From assembly GCA_963716255.1 (NCBI GenBank), contig OY970303.1:4768001-4832000 (forward strand): a stretch of 64,000 bases of DNA. The letters run 5' to 3'. This document shows positions 48,702 to 57,152 of this stretch, piece by piece. The notes beneath the pieces were generated by a model that worked only from the letters and a program-made list of their open reading frames with translations, was not told where the DNA came from and searched no databases. This stretch comes from an uncultured Gemmatimonadales bacterium (lineage in GTDB: Bacteria; Gemmatimonadota; Gemmatimonadetes; Longimicrobiales; Longimicrobiaceae). The position numbers and the translations under genes were made by a program. Position 1 is the stretch's first letter, and each line of letters begins with the position of its first letter.

Positions 48702-49151
48702 ATGCCGAACCGTAGGACTCACGTCGCCGCCGGCGTCACCGCCGGCCTGGTCGCGACGCTACTCACCGCGCAGGATGAGCCTGGCCCCGACCGGATCGTG
48801 GAGGTGCTGGGTGGGATGATCGGTGGTTACCTTGGGGGCCGCGCTCCGGACCTCCTAGACCCCCCTCTCAACCCCTGCCACCGCGGGGTCGCGCATGGAG
48901 GACTCGCCGTCTTGACCCTGCTCCTCGCCGAACTGGAGGCCTGGCGGCAGCGTTGCCGCAGCGCAGCTCGGGAGTATGAAGCGCGGGCGGCGGTCCTGCC
49001 CCCCGGCTCCACGCAACGGGGCGACCTCATCTTCCAGGCGCTCCTCCACCGCTTCGCAGCCGGGTTCGCCACCGGGCTAAAGGCGGGCTACGCGTCGCAC
49101 CTGGCGCTGGACCTCTGCACGCCCAGAGGTCTGCCGTTGGTGGGCCGCTGA
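48702..49151 (+). CDS. YdjM-like membrane metal-dependent hydrolase
   Basis: MPNRRTH, PDLLD, HRGVAH, GYASHLALD and TPRGLPL motifs with hydrophobic segments. Confidence 0.78.
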   Translation: MPNRRTHVAAGVTAGLVATLLTAQDEPGPDRIVEVLGGMIGGYLGGRAPDLLDPPLNPCHRGVAHGGLAVLTLLLAELEAWRQRCRSAAREYEARAAVLPPGSTQRGDLIFQALLHRFAAGFATGLKAGYASHLALDLCTPRGLPLVGR

Positions 49152-49163
49152 GAGGAGGCGCAC

Positions 49164-50084
49164 ATGGTATCCGCACGCGTCCGTAGCACGCAGCGCTCAT
49201 CCGACGGGAGTCCAACGGCACAGGAAGAGCGAGAAACGATGGACGAGGAACCTTCAGCACGAGACGAGTTCCTCCAGCGGATGGAGGCCATCTTCCAGGC
49301 GCTTCCGCCGCTCGGGTCCGACGCATACCTGCGCTACCTGCGGGAGGCGTCCACCGAGCAGCTACCGCCACAGGTGCTCGTCCGCGCCTACCGGGAGATG
49401 GTGAAGGCTGGACCTGCAATGGAGGAGGCGAGCGAGCGTACGTTCAAGCGCCTGTTCGGGAGAAAGGGTGGGAGGTTCGAGTATCTCGGACCCGCCGTGC
49501 AATTCCTTCTAGACCGCGTGCCTCAAAACCAGCAATTCCAAGACCTCGATGACCTACTGCAGGATATGGGCATCATCATGGTCAAGGCTCTCCGGACCAA
49601 GCGCGGCCGCTTCGGCGAGCAGTCATGGTATGTGTTTGCTCGCCAGTGCGCATACCAGGCATGGGCGGATCACGTAGGGCGAAAGGGTGAGCGTCAGGAG
49701 CCGCTTCGCGCGGAGCCCCGGCGTGACGCCGAAACCGGCGCGTGGTCCGACCCGCTGGAGCGGGTCCGGGAAGGCGAGTCGGAAGACAACGTGGTGGAAG
49801 TGGACGTCCATCGGTTCCTCACGGAGGTGATCGCCGCGATCCCCGACCCGCTGATCCGAGCTGTCGGCGAGGACCAGTGGCTGAGTGGCGACCCTTCCCC
49901 GGATTCGGGGAAGCGCATCTCCACCGGTAAGGACAAGAAGCCGTCGCTTGAACGGCAACTAGGAGTGAGCCGCGACCGCATCATCCGGGCGCGGCGCTCC
50001 GTGGAAGCGCGGATCCTGGCCGAGCTCGAACGCATAGGCATCCCTGAGCAGGACCTCGCGCCGTTTCGGAAGGACGAACGCTAA
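49164..50084 (+). CDS. Divergent sigma-70/ECF-like protein
   Basis: Region-2-like DLDDLLQD..WYVFARQCAYQAWAD; region-4-like LERQLGVSRDRIIRARRSVEARI; AGGAGG RBS. Confidence 0.6.
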   Translation: MVSARVRSTQRSSDGSPTAQEERETMDEEPSARDEFLQRMEAIFQALPPLGSDAYLRYLREASTEQLPPQVLVRAYREMVKAGPAMEEASERTFKRLFGRKGGRFEYLGPAVQFLLDRVPQNQQFQDLDDLLQDMGIIMVKALRTKRGRFGEQSWYVFARQCAYQAWADHVGRKGERQEPLRAEPRRDAETGAWSDPLERVREGESEDNVVEVDVHRFLTEVIAAIPDPLIRAVGEDQWLSGDPSPDSGKRISTGKDKKPSLERQLGVSRDRIIRARRSVEARILAELERIGIPEQDLAPFRKDER

Positions 50085-50119
50085 CGAATGATCAGTTAAC
50101 CCTGATGTTGGAGGGATAC

Positions 50120-50848
50120 ATGATGGCGAACCCTGACCAGGCACTCCTGGATGACCTCCTCGCCGAGGTCGAGGCAGCCTGGATCGGTCGCCGGGACGCG
50201 ACGGTGATCGATCGGCTCGCGGCTCAACACCCACAGCACGCCGAGGAGTTGTACGAATTCTTCGCCGAGCTGTTCTTCGCCGAACGGGGCGACAATGTCC
50301 CCGCGGGGCTGGAAGACGCCCTCGGGGAGTCCCTAGACCGCTGGTTCGAAGAGCGGGGACGACACATCGCGAACGAGGCGGTGGAGGCGGCCCGCTCAGC
50401 GGAGGCAACTACTCCTCCCGAGCCGCCCCTGGTGACGGATGCCGTCGCGTCCGCCGCCCCGAGCCCCACCCAGTCCGGCGGCGTGGGCGCGCGTGCAAGC
50501 GCGCGCCCCTTCCTAACGCTCGTGGAGGAGACCACGGGTCTTGAGGCCGAGGAGATCGCCGAGCGTTTCGGCGACATCACGGTCGACTTCCTCCTGTTCA
50601 CCGAGCGCTATCCCGAGCTGTACCCGTTCCCTGTCCGCCGAGAGTTGGGCCGCCGCACGCAACGCCTCTTCGGGATTCCCGTGGAAGAAGTGATCCTAGC
50701 GTTTGAGTATCGGCCCGAGGTCCGGATGGCGGCCTCACGGAGCCGTGGCTACTCCGGTCGCCCCACGTCCTTCGAGGAACTGCTCCGGCGCGCCGGCCTT
50801 TCCTTCGAGCAGCAGCGGTACTGGACGAACCTGGCGCGGGGAGGCTGA
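50120..50848 (+). CDS. Hypothetical protein (possible anti-sigma or peptidase substrate)
   Basis: GGAGG RBS before ATG 50120; two helical domains separated by a Pro/Ala/Ser linker; tightly linked to both neighbours. Confidence 0.65.
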   Translation: MMANPDQALLDDLLAEVEAAWIGRRDATVIDRLAAQHPQHAEELYEFFAELFFAERGDNVPAGLEDALGESLDRWFEERGRHIANEAVEAARSAEATTPPEPPLVTDAVASAAPSPTQSGGVGARASARPFLTLVEETTGLEAEEIAERFGDITVDFLLFTERYPELYPFPVRRELGRRTQRLFGIPVEEVILAFEYRPEVRMAASRSRGYSGRPTSFEELLRRAGLSFEQQRYWTNLARGG

Positions 50849-50849
50849 G

Positions 50850-53800
50850 GTGCGTTCTCTGGAGTCGGCGCGTGCACAGGCACGCGAGTGCCGCGCCTCC
50901 CTCGGCGGATTGCAGGACGGCCTGCTCGAGCGTTTGGAGCAGCATCTCCGAGACGAGTATCGCGTGCGCGTTCACGCCGTCACGCGGGAGTTCCTGGACG
51001 GGGGCCGCGGTGAGATCGACACTTCCGGGAAGCGCCCGCGCCTCAACTATGACCGCGCGCTCGACGCCGATCCGCCGAAGAAGCTGGAGCTATTCGCCCA
51101 CGAGCTAGGCCACCTGGTCCTGCACAAGCGTCTTACCGGCGGAGCGGTGCCTCCCGACCCGCTCACCGGCTCAGCGTACCTGCGTGAGGGTGCCGCCGGC
51201 CTGGCGCGGTACAACCCGCGTTCCCGCGAGGAGGCAGAGGCGACCGCGTTTGCCACGGAGTTCGTCTGTCCTGCCGACCGGGTCTTTGAGGACTGGCGGA
51301 CGACTCCGGGCGCGACCGCCGCGACGATCGCGGCCAAGTGGGGCCTCTCGCCGGAGCTGGTCCGGGCGCAGCTCGCAGAAGGGCTCTACCGCTTCGTGAC
51401 CGGAGCCCTCGCTGGGGCCCGCGACGCGGACGGAGAGAGTCCCACGAATCCCGAGCAGGAGCGCGCCGCCATCCTGAAGGGTGTGCCCGTGCTGGTGGAC
51501 GCCGGGCCCGGGACGGGGAAGACGAAGACGCTGGTGCGCAGGATTGTGCACCTCCTCGTGGAGGAGGGCCAGCCGCCGGAGAGCCTGCTGGTCCTCACCT
51601 TCAGCCGTGAGGCCGCGGAGGAGCTGCGCACGCGCGTAGGCCGCGCCGTCGGCGACCCCGAGATGGCGGCACGCATCGAGATCGCCACGTTCCACGAGTT
51701 CGGGGTCGGCCTACTCCACGAGCACGGGCACCTCATCGGACTGCCGGAGAAGTTTACGATCCTGGACGAGGCGGTCCAGCAGGAGGCGGTGAGCCGGGTA
51801 CTCGGCCGCGCGGATTGCGACGCCATCCTGAAGCTGAAGAATCTGGACGAGACCGCGGAGGAGGCAGCCCGGCACATCACCTTCCTCAAAGACCGGCTGT
51901 GCACCCCGGCGAAGCTCACGGAGGCACTGCCGGGCGACCCGGATGCGCAGGCGGCCGAGGGAGTGCGCCAGGCGTGGGCCCTCCACGCCGTGTACACCGC
52001 GTATGAAGAGGAAAAGGCGGCCGCCGGAGCGGTTGACTTCGCAGACCTCATCCTGCTCCCGATCCGCCTACTTGAGGAGAACGAGGAGTTGCGGGAGGGG
52101 CTCCGGCGAGTGCGCCGTTGGGTGATGGTGGACGAGTATCAGGACGTAAGCCGCGCTGTCGCCGTGCTGCTCCAGAACCTGTGCGGTCCCGGGAACCCGC
52201 CGTGGGTGGTCGGCGACGCTCGTCAGGCGATCTACCGCTTCCGGGGCGCCGCCCCCGAGAACGTGCAGCGCTTCGGGGAGGACTTCCCGAAGGCCGTCGT
52301 ACAGACGCTTCCCTGGAACTACCGCTCGACGGAGGCCATCGTGGCCGCGGCGAACCACCTGGCCGCGCTGATGACGGACGGCGTGGAGGCCGGGAGCGAG
52401 GTCCTCGCGATCTGGCGCTCGGCTGTCGAACTCGCCGCTGTCGAGGGCCCACCTGTCGTCATGGTCGAGGCCGACAGCGACCGCGCAGAGTACGACGCGG
52501 TGATCGACCTCGTACGCGCCTGGATGCAGGCGGACCAGGCGGAGCCAGGGGACATCGCGGTCCTCGCGCGACGGAACATCGACGTGCGCAACATCGCCCT
52601 GGCGCTGAACCGGGCGAAGATCCCGGCCGTCACGACGGGGCTGATCACCGCGGAGGGAGCTGCCGGGGATCTGGCGGCGGTACTTTCCCTGCTGGATGCA
52701 CCGCGTGGCGCCGTGCCCCGGCTGCTCTTCCGCTTTTCGCAGGGGCGTGTTGCGGCCGCAGTCCGCAGCGAAGCGGTGCGCCACGTCCTGTCCACCATGC
52801 GCACGCACGGGGCCTTCCCCGCAATTGAGGCCCCGGGTGCAGAGGACCTGGTCGCGGAGCTGGCAGGGGTCATTGAGGACCTGGCCCCGCTCCGCTTCTC
52901 AGGTGACGGGTGGGACGTACTTTGCGAGTTCCTGTTTGGCCGGGGAAGCTATCTGCGTGAGATCCTCCGGCGGGTTGAGGACCCGGAGGCGGCGCTCGCG
53001 CTGGAGGAGATTCTGACCTCGCTCGGGCTCGCAGCCGCGCACCGCTTCACCCATGCCGGTGCCGAGCGCCGCCCCTCGCGCCTGGCATTCGCAGAGCGAT
53101 TCCGGCGCGCATTGACCGAGCCTGTCCCGGGAACGATCGCTCCTCGGGGCGGTGCCAACGCCGTGCGCGTGATGACTTGCCATGCCTCCAAGGGGCTGGA
53201 GTTCCCCTTCGTGGTGGTGGCCGGCCAGAGTCTTCCCATCCGCAAGCGCGGGTACACATGGTTGCCGGAGGCGCTGCGGCCGAAGTCGAACGACGATGCT
53301 CTGCAGGCGGACTCACTCCTCTTCGTGGGGGTGACCCGCGCCCAGCGCGCCGTCGTGGTCTCGTACGCGCGGACCGCGAGCGGGTCGGAGAAGGCAACGA
53401 TCCGGCCGCTCCCTACTCTCCTTTCGCGCTGGAAGGGTACGGGTGCATTCCCGGTCCTGGCGCGGGAGAGCGGCCCCGCGATCAAGGACCTCATCCAGAT
53501 GGGGCCGATCTGGGGCGGCGGCCTCCCGGCTACGCTATCGACCTACTCGCTCGGGGACAGCTGTGTCGTCCGCACGTACCTGGAGGACCACCTCGGCATC
53601 GACTTCCCCCCCGGCGAGGTCGAGATCTACCCGAAGTTCGTGTGGCGAGTGCGGCGGGTTCTCCAGCGAGTCGTGGAGCTGGCCCACCGGGAGGGAGCTC
53701 GCGTGGACCCGGCGGCGGCGGACGCGCTGCTGGAGGAAGAGTGGCCTGCGGACGACTTCGAAGGCCACCCCCACCTTGCCGTCTTCCTGCCGCGCGCCCG

Positions 53801-54299
53801 GGCCTGGGTGCGTACGTTCGCCGCGGAGTACGACCCGCTCGCCTTTCCCGGGGACGTCTTGGTGCCGGAGGTGGCGATCGTAGCCGGAGAGGAGGTACAC
53901 ACGGTCCGGGGTGACCTCGTGGCACACGTGAGCACTCCCGATGGGCGCGTGGCGGTGCTGTTCCGGCCCGAGGCTCTGAAGCTCGGCCGGGGCGGGGCTG
54001 CGGTCACGTGGTCGACGCTCAAGGAGCCGAAGCGCCTTCCCCTCGTCCTCCTCTGGGGTGAGGATCCCCGCCTGCGGCCGTACGTCTTCAGCGGGCCAGC
54101 CGGCCGCATCTACCCGTACAAGTGGAGGGATCGCAATCCGGAGGAGGCGCTCGAAAACGAGCTTGCTGCGGTGCAGGCTGCCGTCGATGCACAGGCCGCG
54201 GGCCGGTTCGAGCAGTTGGTGAGCGAGTACACCTGCGACGGTTGCCCCTGCCGCGTGTCGTGCCCGTACTGGATCGGGGCGCTGGAAGAAGATCTTTGA
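50850..54299 (+). CDS. ImmA/IrrE-family metallopeptidase - UvrD/PcrA helicase - AddB/Cas4-like Cys-cluster domain fusion
   Basis: GTG 50850 with GGAGG. FAHELGHLVLH (HExxH) and EEAEATAFATEF; AGPGTGKT, VDEYQD, VGDARQAIYRFRGA, NYRS, TCHASKGLEF, FVGVTRA; C-terminal C...CDGCPCRVSC. Confidence 0.88.
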   Translation: MRSLESARAQARECRASLGGLQDGLLERLEQHLRDEYRVRVHAVTREFLDGGRGEIDTSGKRPRLNYDRALDADPPKKLELFAHELGHLVLHKRLTGGAVPPDPLTGSAYLREGAAGLARYNPRSREEAEATAFATEFVCPADRVFEDWRTTPGATAATIAAKWGLSPELVRAQLAEGLYRFVTGALAGARDADGESPTNPEQERAAILKGVPVLVDAGPGTGKTKTLVRRIVHLLVEEGQPPESLLVLTFSREAAEELRTRVGRAVGDPEMAARIEIATFHEFGVGLLHEHGHLIGLPEKFTILDEAVQQEAVSRVLGRADCDAILKLKNLDETAEEAARHITFLKDRLCTPAKLTEALPGDPDAQAAEGVRQAWALHAVYTAYEEEKAAAGAVDFADLILLPIRLLEENEELREGLRRVRRWVMVDEYQDVSRAVAVLLQNLCGPGNPPWVVGDARQAIYRFRGAAPENVQRFGEDFPKAVVQTLPWNYRSTEAIVAAANHLAALMTDGVEAGSEVLAIWRSAVELAAVEGPPVVMVEADSDRAEYDAVIDLVRAWMQADQAEPGDIAVLARRNIDVRNIALALNRAKIPAVTTGLITAEGAAGDLAAVLSLLDAPRGAVPRLLFRFSQGRVAAAVRSEAVRHVLSTMRTHGAFPAIEAPGAEDLVAELAGVIEDLAPLRFSGDGWDVLCEFLFGRGSYLREILRRVEDPEAALALEEILTSLGLAAAHRFTHAGAERRPSRLAFAERFRRALTEPVPGTIAPRGGANAVRVMTCHASKGLEFPFVVVAGQSLPIRKRGYTWLPEALRPKSNDDALQADSLLFVGVTRAQRAVVVSYARTASGSEKATIRPLPTLLSRWKGTGAFPVLARESGPAIKDLIQMGPIWGGGLPATLSTYSLGDSCVVRTYLEDHLGIDFPPGEVEIYPKFVWRVRRVLQRVVELAHREGARVDPAAADALLEEEWPADDFEGHPHLAVFLPRARAWVRTFAAEYDPLAFPGDVLVPEVAIVAGEEVHTVRGDLVAHVSTPDGRVAVLFRPEALKLGRGGAAVTWSTLKEPKRLPLVLLWGEDPRLRPYVFSGPAGRIYPYKWRDRNPEEALENELAAVQAAVDAQAAGRFEQLVSEYTCDGCPCRVSCPYWIGALEEDL

Positions 54300-54411
54300 C
54301 GAAGCGCACATTCGGCGCCCGCGTGGCCGTACTCCAGAACGGGTAGACTGGAAGACCCACGCACCGGGACCGGCCAGAGTCCAGCTCGACTTCACCCGCG
54401 GAGATTTGTAT

Positions 54412-55992
54412 ATGGCGGATGCATTGGTCGCACAGCAGATGGGCAAGCGATACCAAGCCTGGCTGTTCTGGGAGTACGCGTCCCAGCTCCTGCTGCCTAG
54501 CACGAACGTCGTCGAGGTTCGGTTCGAGGATGGCGTGCGCGCCTTTGACGACGTGGTGGTTTGCTTCGATCCTCCTCGTCTCAGTGGGTACCAGGAGTGG
54601 GTCACCCACCGGAACCTCCAGGCCAAGTATCATATTGGCTCGGGCGGCGAATTCAACATCGAGTGCTTCACGAACCCGGGCTTCATCGGAGCCACGGACG
54701 CCACACTTCTCAGCCGGCTCGGGGACGCATACCGCACGCTCGGCTCCGACGATTTCCTGCGCCGGGACTTCTGGATCGTCTCCCCCTGGGCGTTGCGCTC
54801 GGACGACTGGGCCTTGGCCGAACTGTGGAGGGAGAACACGCAGGGGCTGAATCCCACTGTGCTTGCTCAAGGAAAGCAGAGGAACAGCCGATGGGTGAAC
54901 CTGCGTGCGAAGTGGAGGGAGGCGACTGGCGCCAGCAGCGATGACGAACTGCTGGCCATGATCGGCCGCTTGCGCCTGGGTTACAGCTATGGGGGCGTGA
55001 CCGAGCGGTACGCCGAGATCCTCAGCGCCCGACTGCACGCTGTGGGACTCCGGCCCGTCGAGCCGTATGCAATGGTGGAACCGTACTCGGAGATCCCCTG
55101 GAACCTCCACGCCCAGAAGCATACCCGATACGCCAGGGCTGACATTCAGCGCATCGTTGAGACGGCGAATCTGCTCCTCCCGCCACCGAATCGCCCCGCG
55201 GGAGCACGGCTCGGAATCCGGAGCCGGGTGGAGTGGGGTGACCATATGGAGGCGGAATGCCAGGCCGTTCTGCCGCTGGAGGACCTCTTTGAGCGACGTG
55301 TGCTCCGTGATGGCGTGACCTGGACGCAGGTCTACCAGCGCATACACGAGTTTCTCCGCGCCGAGACCCGGGGTGGCGTGCGGAAGCTACTGGAGTTGGC
55401 GGCACCCATCACGGTTGCGTTCGCTGCCGGCTACGCGTTGCCTACCCGGGAGGGGCGTCCGGTCTTCCCCCTGCAGAAGTACCGAGGGGGCGAGACGCTA
55501 TGGGACGCCATCGAGCCGGATCCGACGGCGGGCGGGTGGCAGACTCATCGCGACGAGTTGACGGGCACTGGCGGTCCGGACATCGCCGTCGGCCTCGCGC
55601 TCTCCCAAGGGGTGTGGACAGCAATGCATTCCTACGTGTTGCGCGCCTGCCCGGAGATCGGCCGCATAATTGAGCTGCACCCGCCCGGCGGCCCGGGTAG
55701 GGCCAGCGTGCGCGACGCCGGACACGCCGTCCATCTAGCGGTCGAAGTGGAGCGCCTCCTGCGCGACCTGCGCGTCTCCTCCGGATCCGGCGTGTGGACC
55801 GCGCACCTCTTCCTGTCCGTGCCCAACGGCTTCGCCTTTCTGCTCGGTCAGGAGGGAGAGCGCCTCGGCAGCTGCCAGCTCTACGAGTTCGACTTTAGCA
55901 CAGAGCGGGACGGCTCCTACCAGCCCTCTCTCCGCTTTCCCGACGACACCCGGCTGACGGTTGCGGCACCTCGAACTTCCGAGTCCCAATGA
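54412..55992 (+). CDS. cap4: CBASS effector: Cap4-like endonuclease plus SAVED sensor
   Basis: N-terminal GKRYQ..FDDVVV..LQAKYH nuclease motif; SAVED-like LGIRS, APITVAFAAG, HLFLSVPNGFAFLLG; adjacent to the CD-NTase. Confidence 0.82.
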   Translation: MADALVAQQMGKRYQAWLFWEYASQLLLPSTNVVEVRFEDGVRAFDDVVVCFDPPRLSGYQEWVTHRNLQAKYHIGSGGEFNIECFTNPGFIGATDATLLSRLGDAYRTLGSDDFLRRDFWIVSPWALRSDDWALAELWRENTQGLNPTVLAQGKQRNSRWVNLRAKWREATGASSDDELLAMIGRLRLGYSYGGVTERYAEILSARLHAVGLRPVEPYAMVEPYSEIPWNLHAQKHTRYARADIQRIVETANLLLPPPNRPAGARLGIRSRVEWGDHMEAECQAVLPLEDLFERRVLRDGVTWTQVYQRIHEFLRAETRGGVRKLLELAAPITVAFAAGYALPTREGRPVFPLQKYRGGETLWDAIEPDPTAGGWQTHRDELTGTGGPDIAVGLALSQGVWTAMHSYVLRACPEIGRIIELHPPGGPGRASVRDAGHAVHLAVEVERLLRDLRVSSGSGVWTAHLFLSVPNGFAFLLGQEGERLGSCQLYEFDFSTERDGSYQPSLRFPDDTRLTVAAPRTSESQ

Positions 55993-57152
55993 GCGCACTG
56001 CCCACCTACTTCGCCGACTTCCTGAAGGCGATTCGCCTGCAGGACGATCTGCGCACCGAGCTACAGGAGGCCCACCGCGAGCTGACCGAACGCTTGGAGA
56101 AGGATGCGTCCCTGAAGCCTATCTTCGTGGATACCTTCCTTCAGGGTAGCTACAAGCGCTCGACTATCGTGGACCCCCAGGAAGGGGACTTCGCGGATGT
56201 CGACCTCGTTGTGGTGACTGGTCTTGAAGAGCGCATGCACCCGGAGCCCGCCACGGCCATGGATCTCTTCATCCCGTTCCTCGATCGCAACTACCGCGGA
56301 AAGTGGGAAGCGCAGGATCGGTCCTTCGGCATCGAGGAGGGCAAGATCTGGATGGACATGGTGATCACCTCCGCACCTTCGGAAGCCATGAGGGGTGTGC
56401 TCGCCTACAAAGCGGTGCGCAGCCGGATGAGCTTGGAGGAAGACTTGGAGTTCCGGATCCGGGGTGCCTGGGTTCCCCCGGAGCAGCGCATGGCGCCACA
56501 CAGCTGGAAGCAGATCATGGCGCGGGAGGGCGAGCCCCTCGGTGCCTGGGGTGAGGACCCGCTCCGCATCCCGGATCGGACCCGCCGCTGCTGGGAACCC
56601 ACCCATCCGCTCGCGCAGATCGACTGGACGGCCGAGAAGAGCCGGCAAACCAACGGCAACTACCTGGGTGTGGTTCGCGCGCTCAAGTGGTGGCGGCGCC
56701 GCAATCCAAAGCCGAAGTACCCCAAGGGCTACCCTTTGGAGGCGCTGATCGGCGACGCCTGCCCCGACGGGATCACGTCCGTGGCCGAGGGCGTGACGCG
56801 CACCCTTGAGGTCCTGGACGAGCGCTGGCGTGCCGTAGCCGCCGAGCAGCAGGTCCCCTACATCAAGGACCACGGCGTGGACCAGAACGTCCTCGGACGC
56901 ATCTCGGGCGAGGAGTTCGCCCAGTTCCATGCTCTACTCGGCCCCGCCGCCCGCACTGCGCGGAGTGCGCTTGAGGCGGAGCAGAAGGAGCACTCCGTCT
57001 TCTTGTGGCAGGATCTTTTCGGCGGCCGCTTTCCCGATGTCCGTGGCCAAGAGGGTCCGGGCGGACCGCCGGGGCCGGAAGGAGGCGGTCCCACTGGTGG
57101 TTTCACGCCGCGCACGGCGGTGGGCACCGTGGGCGGCGGGCGCTTCGGATGA
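55989..57152 (+). CDS. CD-NTase (cGAS/DncV-like SMODS nucleotidyltransferase)
   Basis: FLQGSYKRST..DVDLVV, MDMV, VRALKWWRR, PKGYPLE, WQDLFGGRFP; flexible tail ending GGRFG. Confidence 0.92.
   Translation: MSALPTYFADFLKAIRLQDDLRTELQEAHRELTERLEKDASLKPIFVDTFLQGSYKRSTIVDPQEGDFADVDLVVVTGLEERMHPEPATAMDLFIPFLDRNYRGKWEAQDRSFGIEEGKIWMDMVITSAPSEAMRGVLAYKAVRSRMSLEEDLEFRIRGAWVPPEQRMAPHSWKQIMAREGEPLGAWGEDPLRIPDRTRRCWEPTHPLAQIDWTAEKSRQTNGNYLGVVRALKWWRRRNPKPKYPKGYPLEALIGDACPDGITSVAEGVTRTLEVLDERWRAVAAEQQVPYIKDHGVDQNVLGRISGEEFAQFHALLGPAARTARSALEAEQKEHSVFLWQDLFGGRFPDVRGQEGPGGPPGPEGGGPTGGFTPRTAVGTVGGGRFG

Noticed and set aside
50850..54299. cas4 or a CRISPR adaptation module
   Set aside because: The Cys cluster is the C-terminal domain of a UvrD fusion; no cas1, cas2 or array is present.
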